Position numbers and translations under genes: made by a program
From: Candidatus Entotheonellaceae bacterium
Lineage (GTDB): Bacteria; Tectomicrobia; Entotheonellia; Entotheonellales; Entotheonellaceae
Direction: 5' to 3'
DNA length: 64,000 nucleotides
NCBI GenBank assembly: GCA_965238075.1
Contig: OZ250173.1
Span: forward strand, 3,168,001-3,232,000
Notes under the pieces: model-generated
Seen by the model: the letters and a program-made list of their open reading frames with translations, nothing else
Database searches by the model: none
Told to the model about the DNA's origin: nothing
In this document: one piece after another, positions 59,319-64,000 of the stretch
Layout: each line of letters opens with the position of its first letter
Position numbering within the stretch: the first letter of the stretch is position 1

Positions 59319-59972
59319 ATGATGATCGTTTCCGCCCCTACCAATCTGTTGATGATGACGGCCGGGCTGGCGCTCATGGTGCTGCTGTCGCGCAACGGCT
59401 CCGCCGAGCCGGTCAGCGAGGCCATCGCCATGCTGGAGACGGGCAAGACCGCCGAGCGGCGGCAGGCCGTCCTGAACCTCGCCCGCATCGGCGACCAGCG
59501 CGCCGCACAGCCCCTGGCCAAGGCGATGCACGACGCCGACCGCATGGTGCGCGAAACGTCGGCGCAGGCGCTGTGGCAGGTGTGGCACCGCTCCGGCGAC
59601 GACGAGGTGGACAGGCGCTTGCAGGCGGGCATCGGCGCCATGAACCGGCGCGCCTTGGACGAGGCCGTGAACATCTTCTCGGAAGTCATCGCCATGGCGC
59701 CCGACTTCGCCGAGGGCTACAACAAGCGCGCCACCGCCTACTACATGCAAGAGAGATACGAAGAGTCCCTGGAGGACTGCGACAAGACGCTGCAACTCAA
59801 CCCCATCCACTTCGGGGCGCTCAGCGGCTCGGGCCTGGTCTACCTGGGGCTGCGCAATCCGGTCAAGGCCCTGGAGTTGTTCAAGCGCGCCATCGTCGTC
59901 AATCCCAACATGCCGTCGGTCAAACAAAATATCGAGGACCTGACTCGCTACCTGCGGGATCAAACCACCTGA
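59319..59972 (+). CDS. HEAT plus TPR repeat protein
   Basis: HEAT-like repeat, WHRSGD, APDFAEGYNKRA, NPIHFGALSG. Confidence 0.8.
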   Translation: MMIVSAPTNLLMMTAGLALMVLLSRNGSAEPVSEAIAMLETGKTAERRQAVLNLARIGDQRAAQPLAKAMHDADRMVRETSAQALWQVWHRSGDDEVDRRLQAGIGAMNRRALDEAVNIFSEVIAMAPDFAEGYNKRATAYYMQERYEESLEDCDKTLQLNPIHFGALSGSGLVYLGLRNPVKALELFKRAIVVNPNMPSVKQNIEDLTRYLRDQTT

Positions 59973-59995
59973 CAATGCCCGGACAGGAGACCCAC

Positions 59996-60784
59996 ATGGC
60001 TGCCGATTGGCGAATGATTCGCCTGCACAAGGAAGGCCTGCTCGCAATCGTTTCGCTCACCAACCCGCCGCTGAACGTGCTGCACCCGCAGATGGTGGAA
60101 GAACTGGCGGTGTGTTTCGCCGGGTTGGCCGATGACCCGGAGGTGCTGGTGGCGATTATCACCGGCGCGGGTGAGCGGGCCTTTTGCGCCGGCTTCGACA
60201 TCAAGGAATTTCCGGGCCTTCTGGTGCCGGGCCGGGCCGAAAAGCTGGCCCAGCGGCTGCACGCCAGCCTGGGCGCCATCGAGAACCTGGGCAAGCCGAC
60301 GCTGGCGGCCGTCAATGGCTTGGCTCTGGGGGGTGGCCTGGAGGTCAGCATGGCCTGCGACATGCGCATCGTGGCGGCGAATGCGCAGATGGGACAGCCG
60401 GAGATCAAGCTGGGCCTGCTACCAGGAGCCGGCGGCACGCAGCGGCTGCCGCGCCTGGTCGGCGCCGGCATCGCCAAGGAGATCATGTTCACGGGCGATC
60501 CGATCAACGCCGCGGAGGCGCACCGGATCGGCCTGGCGAATCACGCGGTGCCGGCCGGCGAGGCCCTGTCGGCCGCCAAGGAGATTGGCAAACGCTTGAC
60601 GGAACGGCCAGGGGTGGCCCTGCGTTACATTCAGCAGGCGGTGCATCGCGGCTTGGGTACCACTCTGGCCGCGGGCCTACAGATCGAGGCGGACCTGTTC
60701 GCCAAGGTGTTCCAGACTGAGGACGCGCGCGAGGGCGTGGAGGCGTTCATCGGCAAGCGGGAGCCGCGTTTTCGACATCGGTAA
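59996..60784 (+). CDS. Enoyl-CoA hydratase (crotonase)
   Basis: AFCAGFDI, GGGLE, QPEIKLG, PGAGGTQRLPR; AGGAG RBS. Confidence 0.93.
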   Translation: MAADWRMIRLHKEGLLAIVSLTNPPLNVLHPQMVEELAVCFAGLADDPEVLVAIITGAGERAFCAGFDIKEFPGLLVPGRAEKLAQRLHASLGAIENLGKPTLAAVNGLALGGGLEVSMACDMRIVAANAQMGQPEIKLGLLPGAGGTQRLPRLVGAGIAKEIMFTGDPINAAEAHRIGLANHAVPAGEALSAAKEIGKRLTERPGVALRYIQQAVHRGLGTTLAAGLQIEADLFAKVFQTEDAREGVEAFIGKREPRFRHR

Positions 60785-60814
60785 GGTTCACTGAAGGACT
60801 GGGGAGGCGACCTG

Positions 60815-62065
60815 ATGCCGCTGTTTCGCTGGGGGATTGGACTGGCGGTGACCCTGCTTGCGCTGGCCGCGGCGCTGCTGTGGTGGCCGCAGCGAGCCGG
60901 CGAAGCCCAGTTGAGCGGCGACGTGGACGCCTTTCTGGAACGCCACTGGCGTCTGCCCGTGCTGCCGCAAGGCGACCCGCCGTCCGCTTACTCCCCCATT
61001 GAAGCGTCGCTGCATCCCAAGGAATGCGCGCTCTGTCACCGCCAGCAGTTCGAGGACTGGAAAACCAGCCTGCACAGCCGCAGCATGGGGCCAGGAATAT
61101 ACGGGCAACTCCTCAACATGGAGCGCAACAATCCCGCCACCTACACGGTCTGCGCCACCTGCCACACGCCGCTCAGCGAGCAGATTCCGCATTTGAAAGA
61201 AGGCTCCGAATACCGTCCGAACGAGGCATTCGACCCGGCGTTGCAAGAAGCGGGGCTGATCTGCGCCGGCTGTCACGTGCGGCAGCACGAGCGCTTCGGG
61301 CCGCCGCGCCGGCCAGAGCTTCCGACGCCGCCCGCCGAGGTGGTGCAGCCGCACGGCGGTTTCACGGCCACGACGGCGTTCCAGCGCTCCGAGTTCTGCA
61401 AGCCGTGCCACCAATTTGCCGAGGGTGCCTTCGCCCTCAACGGCAAGCTGCTCGAGAACACCTTTGCCGAGTGGCAGGCCAGCCCGTACGCCGAGGAAGG
61501 GGTGCAGTGCCAAGGCTGCCACATGCCGGACCGCCGCCACCTGTGGCGCGGTATCCAGGACCCGGACATGGTGCGGCAGGCGATAACGGTCAGCGTCTCG
61601 CCCCTGGCATCCGCCTACCGCCCGGGCGATGCTCTGCAAGCCACCATCACCGTGACGAACAGCGGCGCCGGGCACTACCTGCCGACCTACGTGACGCCGA
61701 AGATTTTCGTGCAGGGGGACTTGCTGGACACCGCCGGCGAGGTCATCGCCGACAGCTTTCAGGAAGCCGTTATCGGGCGCGAAATCGCCCTCAACCTGTC
61801 TCGGGAAATGTACGACACGCGCATCGCGCCCAAAGCGTCGCTGGATTTCGGCTACACGATGGCGCTGCCGGAAACCGCGGCCACGCTGCGGGTGCGAATC
61901 GTGGTGCACCCCGACCATTTCTACCAGCGGTTTTTCGAGGCGGTGCTGAAGAGAGATCGCGGCAGCCTGGGGAAGGCGCATCTGGAAGCGGCGCTGGAGA
62001 AGACGGCAACGTCGTCGTTTACCGTCTTCGAGCACCACGTCCCGGTGCCGATGGCTGGGAATTGA
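60815..62065 (+). CDS. Membrane-anchored pentaheme c-type cytochrome
   Basis: Five CxxCH motifs (CALCH, CATCH, CAGCH, CKPCH, CQGCH), GAGHYLPT, N-terminal TM segment. Confidence 0.88.
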   Translation: MPLFRWGIGLAVTLLALAAALLWWPQRAGEAQLSGDVDAFLERHWRLPVLPQGDPPSAYSPIEASLHPKECALCHRQQFEDWKTSLHSRSMGPGIYGQLLNMERNNPATYTVCATCHTPLSEQIPHLKEGSEYRPNEAFDPALQEAGLICAGCHVRQHERFGPPRRPELPTPPAEVVQPHGGFTATTAFQRSEFCKPCHQFAEGAFALNGKLLENTFAEWQASPYAEEGVQCQGCHMPDRRHLWRGIQDPDMVRQAITVSVSPLASAYRPGDALQATITVTNSGAGHYLPTYVTPKIFVQGDLLDTAGEVIADSFQEAVIGREIALNLSREMYDTRIAPKASLDFGYTMALPETAATLRVRIVVHPDHFYQRFFEAVLKRDRGSLGKAHLEAALEKTATSSFTVFEHHVPVPMAGN

Positions 62066-62079
62066 GAGACAAGGAATGG

Positions 62080-62123
62080 GCTTGCCCCCTCTCCCCTGGC
62101 GGGAGAGGGCTGGGGCGAGGGGG
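62080..62123. repeat. CCCTCTCCC/GGGAGAGGG palindromic element between convergent genes
   Basis: CCCTCTCCC-CTGGC-GGGAGAGGG followed by GGGGCGAGGGG; single copy in this window. Confidence 0.45.
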
Positions 62124-62137
62124 AAAGCCGAAATGAT

Positions 62138-62980
62138 TTAAAGCGATTCGGCGCACCGAAAACCCATCAAAATGTGCTTCAACTCCGACGGTCGGCCGTG
62201 CCGTGCCGCCGACCGCGTGACGCCGGGGAAATCGTCCCACGACCCGCCCTTCACCACGTACCTCGGCGGCTTCGCCTTGAACAGCGTCGCCGTCCACTCG
62301 AACACCTGCCCGGCCATGTCGAGCACGCCGTAAGGGCCCTGCCCGTTCGGGTAGCTGCCCACCGGTACCGTGTCGAACGGCCCGCCATCCTCGCTATTCA
62401 GCCGCGCGGCCTCGAATGTGTCGCCCCACGGAAAGTAGCGTCCGTCGATGCCGCGCGCCGCCTTTTCCCATTCCGCCTCGCTCGGCAACCGCGTCCCGCG
62501 CCAAGCGCAATAGGCGGCGGCATCGGCGTGGCTGACCAGCACCACGGGGTGCTGCTCGCGGCCCGCTGGCGGGAGCTCGTCGCGCCACAGGAATTTGACG
62601 ACCGTAGGGTAGCCGTGGACGAGCCGGTAACCGCGCCATATCGATTCGCTGACGAACGGCACACGGTACCCGGTTGCGGCAATGAACCGTGCGTAGTCGG
62701 CATTGGTCACCAGATTGCGGTCGATGCGATAAGCAGGCAGGTCCAGGCGACGGCGGGTTTCGACCTCGAACCAGCGCTGCCGACGCGCCACGGTGCTGCC
62801 GTGCAGCGTCTCATCCAGCCGATACCCGTATTCCCGCTCCTCGGGCGTGCTGCCCATCAGAAATTCCCCCGCCGGGATGATGGCCATCGGCGGCTGGCTG
62901 GACTGCCCGGCGTGACAGGCTGCGGTTAAATGACCCGCCAGTATGAGTGCAACCCACGACAGCGCGGTTCGTAGGCGCAT
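62138..62980 (-). CDS. FGE/SUMF1-domain exported protein (possible lipoprotein)
   Basis: FLMGS, VTNADY, HPVVLVS, RLPSEAEWEKAARG, DMAGQVFEW, GFRCA; TAAC lipobox-like motif. Confidence 0.88.
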   Translation of the reverse strand: MRLRTALSWVALILAGHLTAACHAGQSSQPPMAIIPAGEFLMGSTPEEREYGYRLDETLHGSTVARRQRWFEVETRRRLDLPAYRIDRNLVTNADYARFIAATGYRVPFVSESIWRGYRLVHGYPTVVKFLWRDELPPAGREQHPVVLVSHADAAAYCAWRGTRLPSEAEWEKAARGIDGRYFPWGDTFEAARLNSEDGGPFDTVPVGSYPNGQGPYGVLDMAGQVFEWTATLFKAKPPRYVVKGGSWDDFPGVTRSAARHGRPSELKHILMGFRCAESL

Positions 62981-62989
62981 GACGTGTCC

Positions 62990-63296
62990 CTCTCTTTCTT
63001 TCTTCTGACCGAAGTCGTTTCCTTCAAACAACTCCCAACGTAAACAAAACGCAATTTTCGATCGCCTCCAGAAGTTCCCTTACTGACGTGCCCTATTCTT
63101 CTCTGAAGACGTCTCTTATCCAGCACACGTATTTGATTGACAAAGCGCGACGGCAAAGAACCTCGTCGGAGGTCTGTCGTAAACGGGAGCGTTATGACCG
63201 TCGTGGTAAAGCGACTGATCAGGTCACGTTGGAAGGTCAGAACCGGCCGCGTTCCGCCCTGTTCCGAACCGCGAATTGGATCCAGTGCCGCTAACC
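62990..63296 (-). pseudogene. MazF/PemK toxin remnant
   Basis: WLAALDPIRGSEQGGTRPVL...LPFTT...NQIRVLDKRRL; lacks its own start, has an apparent internal deletion and a disrupted C-terminus. Boundaries approximate. Confidence 0.7.
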
Positions 63297-64000
63297 AGCC
63301 CTCCACCGCCGCCACCTTGCCACGCTGTTCGCATTCCGGCATTCCTTCCACTCGACCTTTCGCTTCGCCTTCGGTCCTACCCTTCGCCTCGCCTCTGGCC
63401 AGCAGTTCCTGTGCGTACGTCACGATCTCGCCTCGTTGCTCAAGCCCATGGCGCCGCAGCGCCCCTTCGTCGCCATCAGGTACAGGATGAAGCGGCGGAG
63501 TTCATCGACCCCACCGTCCGCATGCAACGATAAAGCTCAGCGTGCCGTCAAGTCCAGTGCCGCTTCCACGTGACGGTCAAACGCTACCATCATCAGTAAC
63601 TGAGTGATACGGCCCTTGACGCCGCCCGCAACCGCTTCCGGCTCCAGAGTCGTCTGGTCCAGCAGTTCGTGCGCGAACTTTGGAACCCATGGCCAGGACC
63701 GCGCGGCTTCGGGAAACAGATCGGCAAATTCAGTCGAATGGCTCCAGCCCCTTGGCCCGTAGTAAAACACCACCAGCACGATGGGCCGCAATTCGGAGGG
63801 TTCCGGGTCGTTGCGGAGGTCGGCCTCCCAGATGCGGCAGCAATACTTCAGCAGCCGAAAACGCATCCAGGGGTCCGGCGACGATTGGTGCTCGAAGAGC
63901 AGATACAGCGACACCGGCTGCCCGGTATCGGCAAGCTCGACGCGATAGAGCAGACAGGATTGGCTCTCGCGCAGGTCGTCAACAAGGAAAGTGCCATCGA
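63297..64000 (-). pseudogene. Rpn/YhgA-like recombination-promoting nuclease, disrupted (runs off the right edge)
   Basis: GTFLVDDLRESQSCLLY...LYLLFEHQSSPDPWMRFRLLKY; stop at 63537; detached C-terminal TYAQELLARGEAKGRTEG repeat region. Confidence 0.75.

Overview
High-GC bacterial chromosomal window, mostly core and catabolic genes. The gene mix (F420 operon, several LLM/SDR/CoA enzymes, a PQQ dehydrogenase, LysW pathway) is reminiscent of Tectomicrobia/Entotheonella-like or related lineages; this is inference only. In order it contains: a partial pspA with a YbjN-like gene; an FAD/Fe-S oxidoreductase; a LysW-carrier lysine cluster (lysW-X-Y-[hicB, pchB-like, higBA insert]-Z-J) coupled to asnS; clpS-clpA; an LLM oxidoreductase; an IS30 inserted inside a palindromic repeat; a Fic gene; two tandem-domain class III CoA-transferases flanking pemIK; cofD-cofC-cofE-npdG; tRNA-Arg(UCU) followed by a TA pair; proteases; a sigma54-type hsp20 pair; a PQQ dehydrogenase with a lanthanide-type DxD motif plus cytochrome c; a sulfite/nitrite reductase; a serC-trmB-DHS-like-GT2 operon; acyl-CoA genes; a pentaheme cytochrome; and decayed Rpn/MazF remnants. 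The best candidate for an undescribed system is a 38-codon Cys-rich leader ORF (43803-43919, absent from the ORF track) with mutually exclusive 1:2, 2:3 and 3:4 pairings and an intrinsic terminator just upstream of the sulfite reductase, i.e. a probable cysteine-sensing transcription attenuator. The second is a GT2 resembling the eukaryotic queuosine-tRNA galactosyltransferase, linked to trmB and a deoxyhypusine-synthase-like gene. All family calls come from motif recognition by eye; no database searches were run.
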